This document shows positions 49,219 through 64,000 of a DNA stretch of 64,000 nucleotides, piece by piece; position 1 is the first letter of the stretch, and each line of letters starts with the position of its first letter. A model generated the notes under the pieces. That model ran no database searches. It had not been told where the DNA came from and was given only the letters and a program-made list of their open reading frames with translations. Made by a program: the position numbers and the translations under genes. The DNA lies in contig RSEE01000021.1 of NCBI GenBank assembly GCA_003971905.1, positions 1 to 64,000 on the forward strand, read 5' to 3'. This DNA is from Moniliella sp. 'wahieum' (Eukaryota).

Positions 49219-50861
49219 CTACGATTGGAACACAGAAGACTCCTTGTGCTCCTTGAACAGTGTCTGCTCATCAATCTTGGCTCCGTCCGACGAGCGGAAG
49301 AAGCGGGACGTGACGTGGGTCTTGTTGTGTACGGTGAGCGTGGCAAAGGCATAATCATGATCGTTGCCCCACACAAAGCCGTCGGGGAACGTGAGTGATT
49401 TGGTCAAGCCTTCAATGTTACCGGCAGCACCGGCGACGAGGTAGACGGGGCCGGGGGCTTGGGGTTGTTGTTGTAGCCGGCCTTGTCGGTCTTGTTTCCG
49501 CGCAAGGGGGAGGAACCGCTGGGAATTGTGCTCGTGGCCAACCAGGCAAGGTCGACGCCATGCTGGTACAGAATTTCGTCAAATGCTGCGCCGCACGTCA
49601 CACACGCATCGGTCGCGGAGTTGGTGGTGTACCACGGACGGTGCCCACCAACAAAGATCCAGGGCGTCACGCTACGGTCCACGCTGGCCAGATCGGCCTT
49701 GAGCCAGTCAAGTGTTGGCCCTTGTAGCCAAACGGACGGAGAACAGGTTGGCAGCCTCAATTCCATCGGGTGAATCGGGGAAATCGGTCTCGGTGTTGAT
49801 CATGGCCACATGGGCCAGGCCGTAATCAAACGAGTACCACATGGGCGGGTTGGCCAGCGAAGCCGCCTTCTCTCGCAGTGCCACAGCCGTCTGTTGGTGG
49901 AGGTGGAGGGGAACGCTTTGGGGATCGTAGCCCGAAACGGCCGCGAAATTCGGTAAAGTTGGAGAAGCCCTCGGGACAAAGGCCCACCCAGTAGCCCGAC
50001 TCGGTACAGTCTGCCTCGTGGTTCCCGGGACCTACCATGTAGGGCACCCGTCCCGAGATGGCGCAAGCTGGTCGAAAACCGTTCCTCCACCGCCTCGTAC
50101 GATGAAACGCCCTCCCGGGCATTTGTTCCAGTACCAATCGTCACTGTACGCAAGGTCGCCGCATGCGCAACAAAGTCCAGCCCATTGCTCAGGTCGGGAT
50201 TCCCCCCTCCAATGGCATGGGCGAGCGCGTCGATGGTTGTGTGGGTCAGGTTGGGCTCGATCCAAGGATGTCCCGCTTGGAGAGAGTGTTGAACCCTTGC
50301 CCAATGACTAACGAATACCATGATGGGGAGAAGAGAATATAAAAGGCAACATGATGTGAGTAATTCAAGTTGTGAAGAAAAACGGACGCGTCGCGACCAA
50401 GGAAAAGAACGTACCGAATCCTTCTGACCCATACAGACCCATGTCGGTGACGAGCGCAAACGTAAACTCCCCGTTCGTTGTGCCAGGAGCCTTGGCAGTT
50501 TTGAAGGTCCAAGTCGACGAGTTGGTGGACTGGATCTTGTAAAAGTACTTCCGGTGCGACTCGAGACCCTTGAGGTGGACGCTGTGCTGATACTGGCGCG
50601 TATCAGGGATGGTGTGTGTTCCCCCTCACAAACAGTGGTGTTGAGGGATTGTTCCTCCGTGCCGTACGACAACACACACTTTGTCCAAAGGCTCGTACGT
50701 AGCCCAGGCCACCACCACAGTATGCGGCGCAAACAGGGAGAGCCGTTGGCCTGACGGGGTTGTCTTGTCTTCCGGGATGGGGGGGAAGACAGTGTCGGCG
50801 TGGACCATCATCGACGACGCTGCCAAAGGCTTGCAGCCACCAGCACCTGTGACGGATACAT
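49219..50861 (-). CDS. Secreted purple acid phosphatase copy 3 (more divergent, heavily indel-affected)
   Basis: [62 protein letters not shown]. Confidence 0.88.
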
Positions 50862-51944
50862 GATGTGGGCGGTGAGTGTTGCAGAAGAGAGGGGGGTTGG
50901 GGTTCGTGTATAAGAGCAGGCAAAGGCGGCTTATATACGTTTCCTCTTTGCTGAGATGCGGGCTATGGCATTTTACCAGTATCGGAGGGGGAGAGGAGGG
51001 AGAGGGGGTGTCCCGGGAGAGAGAAAGCAAGGTCGGAAAAAGAATTCCATTACGGTATAGAATCCCGAAGACTGGTTGTATGTGGGAAGAGGATTCGATG
51101 GGCGAGCACGGGCCATTCTATAGCGCCCGTGCCATACTGTCTGCGCGTCTTTTTCGGGTCCCGCGCTCCATCACTGGCTGGGCACGCATATGGATTTGCC
51201 ATCTGCTTGAAATTCTGCTGCTCGTCAACGCAACGTACTGACTTGTTCGCTGCCCCATCCGCCGGGATTCCATATGCTGTTACAAAAGATCTGCCCCAAC
51301 GTCAGCTGCCAGTGGGGGAAGTATAGAACTGATGCTGAGCAACAGGCAACCGGCGCAACCTACAGAGATGGACGAAGGAGCGCACGTGCGTGCTGTGCGA
51401 AGCAGCAGACGCACGACGAGTGCGTTCTGCTACCCCATCAGCTGCTCCACACCTGCTCGCCCGCAAATATCCGGGGCGGGGGGCGAGCTGGTGCAAAGTG
51501 TTATGATTAGCAGCGGATTAGTAACCGCAGGGCGTCTGTGCTCAGCGGATGCACCCCTGTAAGTACGAGATGGATGTGACATGTGATGTGATGTGTGGCA
51601 TGTGGCATGTGGCATGTGGCATGCGAGCTGGTGCCTACGTGCGGGTGCTCGTCGCAACGCGTCACGTGCACATTGCGCTTGAATGTAAAGATCGCTGTGC
51701 TGGCTGAGTTTAAGCTTTCGGCTGGGGACGCCATTTAAGCTTTGGGCAGATGGAAGCCAGGGTGGATGTCTTGTATGTACGCCCGACACCTCCCAGCACG
51801 CCTCAGGCTCATCTCAGGGCGGGGGTCAGCCTGACCCCTCAGGCTTCCTGGGCCCTGAGCAGCCTCCCACGCACGCCCCCCCACGCCCACGCCTCTGCCC
51901 GCTGCCTTCCACCTCCCCTTCCCACCAGCACCGCCTCGTCTGCC

Positions 51945-55424
<3,480 letters not shown>

Positions 55425-55640
55425 GCTCTCGATAGCCTAGCAATCCTCACTGAGAGGAAGCGACGTGAGCTGGAGCACAGCGGCTAAAAACAACTCGCTA
55501 TATCCCAAACGTTACATGACAAAAGTCTTCCCCCTTTGCCTGCCCACAAAATGCTACTTACAAAGTAGAGCGCTGGGTGGGGATCAGGCGATCAGCAGCG
55601 CCAACCACAATGAATTAGCAAGACACAATGTGGCAGTACA

Positions 55641-57293
55641 CTAGATACGTGTGTGCAGTGGCAAGTTATGCGACCGGAGTCCGCTGGGGCAGTGGTGGGG
55701 TCTGCGAAGCCGCTCCGGGGGGCGGCGAGCCGCTGCCAAAGCGACGGGCGGGGGAAGGTCCGACGGCGGTGGGTCGGGGGCATCGTGGCTGGAGGAGCGC
55801 GCGGGTTGTCGCGGTACGCGGCCAACGTCAGGGCCGGGCCAAGCCTCGGGCGGGAGGAAGCGCAGGTTGGGTTGGGCGAGCCAGTGGGCGACGTAGGTAG
55901 GGTCGCGGTTCGGACGTGGGCGTGAGGTGGCGGTACAGCTCCAAGGGACGCAAGTCGGGCTGCGCAGGCCGGTTGGCAGGTAAGGGCGCTGGGGAGGGGG
56001 CTGGTCGGGTCGGGGCTGTGGGTGCGGCGGTAGGAACGAGGCTGGGTGACGCTCGTCTTGCAATAGTTTGGCCTCCAACTCGTCCACCACCTCAACCATT
56101 TCCGTCCGTTGTCTGCCCTGCTTCTCCGGCGGAACTCGGCGTTGCCCAGGCGCGGGCGCAGTTCCGGATGGTGGGCGAGCGCGGCAGAGAGCATGCGGAA
56201 CAAGTGCATACGCACCGCGCCTCCCGGGGCGGGCGTCTTGAGCGTTTCGAGGATGGTCAGGTACTCGCGCACCAACGCGACCACGTGCGGGTGGGTGGGC
56301 ATGGGAGCGGGATGTGAGAGCTGGGTGTTGGCACAGGAAGCGGGTGGCAAAGATGGCTGGGTTGGCCAGGTGCCCTTCAGCGGCCATGATGGCGTCGGCT
56401 CCCGTAGCTTGCAAGGCATCGTCCATGTCCTGGGGGAGGAGTACGTTGCCGTTGGCCACGGCGGGGATGCTCACGCTCTGCTTGACAAGGCGGATCTGGT
56501 CCCAGTCCGCGAGACCGGACAGCTGCGCGCGCATCTCCCTCGTTCGTCCATGCACCGTGAGGATTTGCGCGCCGGCGCGCTCGAGCATGCGCGCATACGC
56601 CACTGTCCGTTTGGGTCGGGGAACACACGCATCTTGACCGTGACGGGACCTTGGCGCGCCGATGCAGTGCGCTGACCAACTGGAAGATCAGGGGCCATTC
56701 GTCCTGCAAAAACGCGCCGTAGTGGCCCTTTTTCGCAATGCCTGAGGACAGCCGAGGTTGAGATCGACAGCATCGCACTTGCCGGCCAGGTCGTTGGCCG
56801 CGCCCACGAGCAGCTCGGGTCGTCGCCACAGAACTGGACCACAAGCGGCCGGTCCGTATCGGGGAGGCGACGGCCGAGGTCGATGTGGGCCGCGCCCTCT
56901 TCGCCGAGGTGCTGGTTAAAGGCACCTTGGCGGAACTTGGCCTTGGCGGGGTTGTGGGCCGCGTACAGGCGGGAGTGGATCATGGGCGTGTAGCACAGGT
57001 CGGCGCCGTGGCGGGGCCAGGACGCGCCAGGCAAGCTCGCTGCCGTCGACCATGGGCGCGACGATCTTCTTGGGCTGGCCGAGGGCACGCCACAGCTGCC
57101 AGGAGGCGAGCTTGGGGTGCTGGGCGCGGCGGGGGGCGGGAAGGCGGAGAGGGGCAGGAGGGGCTGGGGGGGGGGCGGGGCGGTGGTGGGCACCTTGTGC
57201 TTGCGGGCAGCGGCGGGCGTGGTGTGGAGGCAGCGCCGCAGCCCATCGCGGCCGACGGGCAGGAGGCGGGGCGGAGCACGCAGGCCGGCACAT
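55641..57293 (-). CDS. DUS1: tRNA-dihydrouridine synthase 1
   Basis: VAPMVDGSELAWR, CYTPMIHS, DRPLVVQFCGDDP, GIAKKGHYGAFLQDEW, LTVHGRTRE, ANGNV and AEGHLANPAIF; both ends approximate. Confidence 0.9.
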
Positions 57294-57402
57294 GCGCTGC
57301 TCCCGAGCTCGACTGGGGCGGGCAACGCTACTGCCAGAGGTGGTGTCCCGCGCTGGTCGGGAAGAAAATCCGGCACTCAGTCCTCATTAACCACCGCGCC
57401 AC

Positions 57403-60400
57403 ATGAACGTTTCACGAGGCTTTTTCAACCCTACGGCTGTGGCAAAGACCAACATCCATCTAGATGACGTAATGCCCCCCTCCCCCGCCCGGCCGACGCG
57501 ACGCGCTGCCCGAGGCGTTTCCCCCCAGCGCGGCAGACACGCCCACCATCTGCAGGGAGTTGTGCTGCGGGATGGCTGTCTGCGCGTCGCCCGAGCCCTG
57601 GCCTGCCCTCGCCTGCAGCCTGCGTGCGCCGGCTCTCGACGCTGCGCTCCTCGTCCCCGCCGCTGCGCTCCTCGTCCCCGCCGCTGGGCGCTCCTCCCGC
57701 CGCGCCTCAAGCGCACGCGCAAGCGCACGCGCATTGCCGAGCAGGTGCGTCTGGCCCATGCCTCCGCCCTCCGCGCCCCGCCGCCGTCGCTCGTGCTGCC
57801 CGCCCGCCGCAGCCGCAGCATGCAGCCGCCCCCGACGACGACGCGCTCTTCCCGCTCCACCCGCCTCCAGCCCCGTGCCCAACCCTTCGCTTCGCGCCCC
57901 CCGCGCCCCGCCAGCCCCGCCAGCCCCGCCGCCTCTCCGCCCAAGCCCAACCCGCCCAGCAGCACGCCGTCCAAGGCTGCCTCGACGCCCAAGAGCCGGG
58001 TGCGGGGCACGAGGAAGCGCGCGCCGCGCACCGCCCACACCGCCCACACGCGCCCTTGGCCAGCTACTTCGCCCGCCCCCCTCCTGCCCCACCGCCGCTT
58101 CGTCCCTGCGTTCGGCAGCCTCCGCTGCTCCCCTGGCCCCGACGTGCCCGACCCGCCGTCATCGCCCAGCCAGCGAACCCACGCCGCGCGCCGCGACCGC
58201 GCAGCGTCCACGCTCCTGCGTCCTGCTGTCGCGCCCACGGCATCGACCGCAGCCGCCGCTCCCCCATCACCCACGCATCTGCACCTACCGCTTCAACGGC
58301 CCCAGCCGTGGTGTATCGACATGCAGCGATTCCGATGGCGCGGGAGATTCGACAAGTGCCCAGCACACGAGTGGAGCCGAAGACACCATGGCCCTTTCCC
58401 AAGATGCATCGCCAGCTCACAGGTCAGCAGGGTATCAACATGTCCTTGTCACCCGACGAGGAGCACGAGCCCAACCACATGCCCTCGCCGCCGACGAGGA
58501 GCAGGAGCCCACTCCCCTTGGAACCGCTGAGGACGAGGGTCACGTGTTCTGTCCTCCGTTGTCCAACAATCCGAACCAATCCCAACTGAACCCGGTTTAG
58601 GCATGAATCAGGCCGAACCCACGTCGCCCTGTCAGCTCAACGAGCCCACTTTGATGCTGCAGCAACCCACGGATCCTTCCGAGCCGCACCTGACGGACCT
58701 GCCTGCGCTTGACACCACATCAAACTCCTTCCTAGCAGGCCAATCGCCCGCAAGCAGTCTCACCTCCATATCTTCCTCATTCGAGCTTAGCAGTCCCCGC
58801 TCTCACAGGATGAACCTCAAGACGAAGCAGTCAAATCGGTTGGACCTGCGGCCCTCGATGCGCCATTCCTCAAGCATTCAGGGTGGTCCCTCACTATCGG
58901 ATGCCAATACAGAGAAGGACGTCTTGCGCCCTCCCCCCAAGCCTCCCTCCCCTGTCCACAACGGGAACTGACACCCCAATTGGGCAGAGTTGAGCTTTAG
59001 TGACGAGGGTAGTCCCCTCACTGATGCTTTCGAAGCAGAGTCACCGCCTCACCTTTCAAGGAGCCTAGTACGGAAAAACGACACCACGGTTGACTGAGAG
59101 TGACAGTGACAGCGACGACGACGGGTTTGTTCTTCAGCTTCGTTTCTAACCAAGGCACTTTCTCCAGTCCCAGACCCAGTCTCAGCTCCCCCATCGCCGC
59201 CCAGGTCGGGAGAGTCATTCTTGGAAGCTATGCGGGCCCGTGCCGCGGCGCAAACGGCGGCTCAAGTGTCTGCTACTTTGCCCGCCACGGCCGATCCGAC
59301 GAAAGATTTGTTGGCCAAGTTTCGACGCAGGCGGCTGCGCGTGTCGCTGCGCAGGGCAGGTCAGCCCATTCCGATTGCCCCCTCCCAGCGTGCTCGAGTC
59401 TTCCACCGAAGGGGGTGCACGGCGTTCCACCCGGACCCGTATGGCTCCTTCTCAAGCTCCTTCCACCCTGACTCAACCCTCCAAACCGTCCACTTCTCGC
59501 TTTTTGGATCGGCTCTTGGCCAGCGCCAAAAGGAGCGCAGTTCTGGGACCGACTCCTCGGCCATGGACGAGTTTAGTGCCCGCGTCTTGGCAGATGTGAA
59601 GCAGGTCGTCACTTGGAGGACCAGGAGGAACAGGAGCCGCAGCGGCAATCCGAACTGATGGCCCTGCACCAAGAGCAGGCGCACGGTTCCGTGCGAGCTT
59701 CGTATGCTCGGTGGTCCCAGCTGGGCATGTTGGATGAAAGGACCGATGAGGGGGACCAGGCATGTGCCCCCAAGGAGGACTTGCCCGAGGCTGGGGTTGA
59801 ACCCGAATCCAATGAGATGCGCGCGCTGCTGGCGCATGTCAAGCCCACGCATTCTTCCAAGCGCAAGCGTCTGGCTGACTCTTCATCTGACGGGAAACGA
59901 GCAGACGAGTGCGAGCGAAACGTCGTCGCTCCGCCGACGCAGGAAGGCACCACTAAATCTACCAACGAGGGGATGTGGTGAAGCTGGTTCAGCAAGACGC
60001 CAGGACCCGCTCTGGACCGAGTAGCGAGTCAGCCCTAGCAACCTTGTCGAGCCGCATGTTCTTTGGTTCCCATCCTGTCCACTTGCCCGACCAACTCCCA
60101 TCTTTCCCCTTGGTGGAAGTGGATGGAGCCGCTCAAGAAGAGTGGAATCGACTTGGGTCACATGCTTCCGGTACGTGCGATTTCCTATCTTCTCTTTGTG
60201 GGACTACATTCTGACCGCTCTCTTATCTGTTGACAGATCCAGTCTTTCTTGTTGCTTATCTCGAGATGGGCTTCTTGACTGTCGATCGCCTCGCTCTGGC
60301 GAGCAACCTTGGTGCGACGGGCCAATTGGGAAGCTGGCTGTTATCGCTTAGCCTACTGGTCCCAATCCCTTGGCTACAGTGGTGGCCAACGCACTGCGTA

Positions 60401-61500
60401 CACTTACTCTTTCGTCATCAGGCCCTGTACGGGAAGCGCTACTCCAAGGCTCTATTGACGCTCTACCTAGTGCGCTCTTTGCCATGGGAGCAACGGTCGA
60501 GGCCATCCGCGTCGTGTTCCCACAGAGTATGATTGGGAACAGCGCTGCCGCCCACCCCTTCTTCCGGGGACAAGGGAATCGTCCTTACTCGCCCGGAAGG
60601 GCCGTCCGCATGGCACGTGCCTTGGACGTGGTGCAGGATGTAGCCCGGTTCGGTCTCCTGCCTCATTCGAGGGTGGACGTGGCAGTTTTCACCTTGCGTC
60701 TTGGTATGGACCCATTCGAGGGGCCGCTCACCCGCTGCCGCTCTATGCCAAGATTTGGTCGACGGGCCCGAGAGCAAGGGTGCCACCCCGGTGGAGATGA
60801 CCGCCGACCAAGTGGAACAGTTGCTTCACCGCACCTCGCACTTTTTCCGCCAGTTGCCCCTGACCGAAGTCTGTTTCGCTGCGCTGCACCTGCTTCCACT
60901 TAGCTCGGACCAGTGCCGAACGATGACGCGACGACTGAGCGCATTGTGTCTCTTGTCGAACGACATTTCGTGCGATTCGGCGGTGGATCCGGATGCTAGG
61001 CTGTCACGCGGCTTGCTGTTCTGTCGGAGCAGGCGGCACACAATGCGCAACTGCGAGGCAACCCGTACGCACCGCCCACCGCGCAGGACGAGGAACCGGA
61101 TTGGGCTCAGATTCGTGCCGCAGCGCACCTCACCACCTTTGTTGTGGGGGACGTGCGGGCGTTGCGCCCCAGCACCGCCAGCTCGACCCGGCCTAAGTCG
61201 CGCGCGACCCAGCCAAGCGCCACTGCGCCTGCCCTCGTTGGCGCCGGCGAGGATGGAGCGACGACGGAGGCGATAGACGCGATGGAGGCCCAGATGGCGG
61301 CTCTCGTCCGTCTCGAGGCAGCGCTCCGGTTCCACAGCGGAAGCATTACGGATCACAATGGGGCAGTGCTGGAAAAGTCGATGGCGCGCGATGCGCTGCT
61401 GCGAGCCTCGCTGCAGTTGCGCTACCTCTTGCGCGCGTGGGTGCAACCCAAGGGGGATCAACTAAAAGCGTATTGCCCGTTGGATAGGTCACTTGGTCAT
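57403..61500 (+). CDS. Large hypothetical protein (Ser/Pro-rich N-terminus, helical C-terminal part)
   Basis: Chain of protein-like ORFs on the plus strand, divergent from DUS1, with an intron-like GTACGT...CTGAC...CAG at about 60171-60236. No family recognised. Confidence 0.45.
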
Positions 61501-61681
61501 GGTGGCCACTCGGGACGCGATGTCCTTTCTTCTGTAGTCTTTATCTACTCGTCTCATTCTCTTTTGCTTGGCGATGGCAATTGCCTTTGCCTATAGGATG
61601 GACAGCTGTCTGCAAACAATGGGTAGGTAATAAGGAAATGGGAAAGAGGAGATGGATGAGTCGAGTGGCATGTACGATGGG

Positions 61682-62832
61682 TTACTCGAGAATGATGTAC
61701 TTTTGCAAGTGGGCAGGAATGGCGTCCAGCAGGCCCTTGGATTCGAGCCATTTGCGGGAAAAGAGGCGGGTCTGGTACCGGTACGCGCCATCGCACAAGA
61801 TGGTGACGACGATCTTGCCCTTGCCCAATGCCTCGCCCATCTTCTTGGCCGCCACCACATTCAGCGCCGACGACGCACCAATGTAGATCCCTCCTCGTCG
61901 AGGCAACGGTACACCATCTCGATCGTCTCAGCGTCGGGGATGCTGACACTGTTGTCCAGTAGCTCGAGGTCGGGGCGCAAGTTGTCGGTAATGCGACCTT
62001 GGCCAATCCCCTCGGTGATCGAGCCGCCAGTAGGTCCATCAACTTGCCGCCCGATTGGATGTACGAGTGGAGCACGCTGCCGGGAGGATCGGCGAGCCAG
62101 CATTGGACCTTGCCGTTGGAAATGTCCTTGAGGTAGCGCGTTGTGCCAGCCAGCGTGCCGCCCGTGCCGGTCGCCGCGACAAACCCATCGACCTTACCGT
62201 TGGTCTGGGCCCAAATTTCGGGTCCGGTCGAGTCAATGTGCGCCTGGCGGTTGGCCACATTGTCAAACTGGTTGGTCCACACGCATTGTCCAGCGCTTCG
62301 GCGTGCCGACGCGCCTGGTGGTTGTAGTTGTCGGGGTTATCAAACGCCACGGCAGGCACGGGGTGAACTTCGGCGCCCAACATGCGCAGTAGATCAATCT
62401 TTTCCTGGCTGGGTGTTGGGCATGTAAATCACGCACTTGTACCCTTTGCGCGGCACACATGCGCCAATCCGATCCCCGTGTTGCCTGCCGTACCTTCCAC
62501 CACGGTCCCGCCCGGCTGGATCAACCCTTTCTTCTCTGCATCCTCCACGATCCACAACGCCGCTCGGTCCTTGACGCTTCCCCCCGGCTCCATAAACTCG
62601 GCCTTGCCGTAAATCTCCGCGCCCGTTCTTGGCTCAGCTTGGCCAGGCGCATCAACGGCGTGTTGCCCACGGCGCCCACAAAGCCCGGCACAGGCTGGGC
62701 GTACTTGCTCGCCACGTCGGCCGAGCGCACCATAGCCGACGTGGACAGCAGACGCGAGGCAGGCAAGCCCGCCCGCGGCGGAAGCGAAGCGACCCGCGCG
62801 CTGAGTGTACGTCCGAGCACCGAAGCAGCCAT
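61682..62832 (-). CDS. Cysteine synthase (O-acetylserine sulfhydrylase), probable mitochondrial presequence
   Basis: [27 protein letters not shown] (PLP lysine), [44 protein letters not shown]. Confidence 0.95.
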
Positions 62833-63042
62833 CGTCCCCAGCAGGAGTTGGTGGTTGAGTGGTGGCACAACGAGCAGAGGCGAGCAGAGCAACGCCCGAA
62901 TCTTCCGGTGGCTTTGGCGGAGATATTGGTTGGCACCCAGGGACGGTGCCCGTCAATACGCCATCGAAGCCAGCCGCCCGGTACTCCAACGTTGCAAGTT
63001 GCACCAAAGCCCCCGTTTAATACAATCAGTCCCAGACATCCG

Positions 63043-63080
63043 CGTAATCAACGTAATCAACGTAATCATCGTAATCAACC
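63043..63080. repeat. 9-bp tandem repeat (CGTAATCAA, about 4 copies)
   Basis: Directly visible upstream of the cysteine synthase gene. Confidence 0.85.
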
Positions 63081-63490
63081 GGGTGATATGTGAGTCCACT
63101 TTTTTGTAATTTCCCCTCCGGCACGAGATGTGCTCGAACTCCATCTCCCCTCCCGGCCTTGGACACGCCGGACAGCCTGCCCCCCATGCGACACGCGACA
63201 CGGGATCCCGCTCTTTTGGCTCAAATTCCAGCTGCAAAGCCTACCACCCACCTTGCGCAGTGCACCACGCAGAGGCCCCTTTAGAAGAGCTGGGAACTAC
63301 CTGACCAACACAGTAGATACAACATGCAATCATGGCATTGGGAGAAAAATCGATGTGTGGCGAGGATGAAGGAGGGGAGAAGATACGATGTGAGCGTGTA
63401 GAAACACAGGTTATGCAATGTAGAGAGGAGGGGTACCAGGCTTGGAAGAGGAGGGCTGAATGGGGAGATAACATGCGCTGCTCGAGCGGA

Positions 63491-64000
63491 TCAGCTGCTG
63501 AAGGGGACCAGACGCCGCAACAGTTCCGAGCCGGCGAGGTTACGCTCGATCTGGGCTGCGCCCTTGACCTTGTTGCCATTCTCGTCGGTAGAGCCCGACA
63601 TGACCGACTTGTTCTCGATCGAGCGGCGGACAAGGTAAGGCATGACGAGGTTGAGCGGGCCATAGGGTATGTACTTGAGGACCATGTGCGGTCCCGCCCG
63701 CCCGAATACGGGTCAAACGCAAGCTGCAGACGGCGAGTCAGGCCATCGGCCATGCCAAGCAGCTGGCCAAATACGATCCTGCCACGGATGTGCGGCTCAA
63801 GCTGGAGCATGACCAGCTCAGGCTTGTCCGTCGCAGGTACCACCTGCGCGTCCGGCTGCTCGTAGTGGTCTTCCACCTCTTTGAGCCGCTGCGTGTTGGG
63901 GCGAGGCCAAGCCCAGATCGACCATACGACGGGCGACCTTCATGCTGCTCTGCCAGTTGTGCGTGGCGAAAATCACGCTGATCCGAGGCCAGTGGTCATC
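63491..64000 (-). CDS. PUT1: Proline dehydrogenase, 3' portion
   Basis: FGQLLGMAD and KYIPYGPLNLVMPYLVRRSIENKS are PRODH C-terminal signatures. Confidence 0.9.

Overview
Eukaryotic window from a basidiomycete fungus; the 5.8S signature TTCTCCCATCGATG and intron-poor, GC-rich genes suggest Ustilaginomycotina (inference). Nearly every conserved gene carries single-base indels, typical of an unpolished long-read assembly, so frameshifts are not treated as biology and CDS limits are approximate. The window opens at the edge of the rDNA array (18S-ITS1-5.8S-ITS2-28S). The 28S stops abruptly at 3899, inside the site targeted by insect R1 retrotransposons. It is followed by about 1.48 kb containing a cUUCGg hairpin and a degenerate 5S rRNA copy, then a decayed 70-nt continuation of 28S that restarts with the same CTGTCCCT. 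Next come a divergent G-alpha subunit, ATG1, a large CAMK-like kinase, RPS5, a MetR/Cys-3-like bZIP factor, BCAT, an alpha/beta hydrolase and RHO2. An accessory block (about 32.5-51 kb) holds three tandem secreted purple acid phosphatase genes. Copy 1 is split by a very recent, apparently self-priming Ty3/gypsy chromovirus, and copies 1 and 2 differ by a 120-135-bp promoter inversion. The window ends with two hypothetical genes, DUS1, cysteine synthase and the 3' end of proline dehydrogenase.
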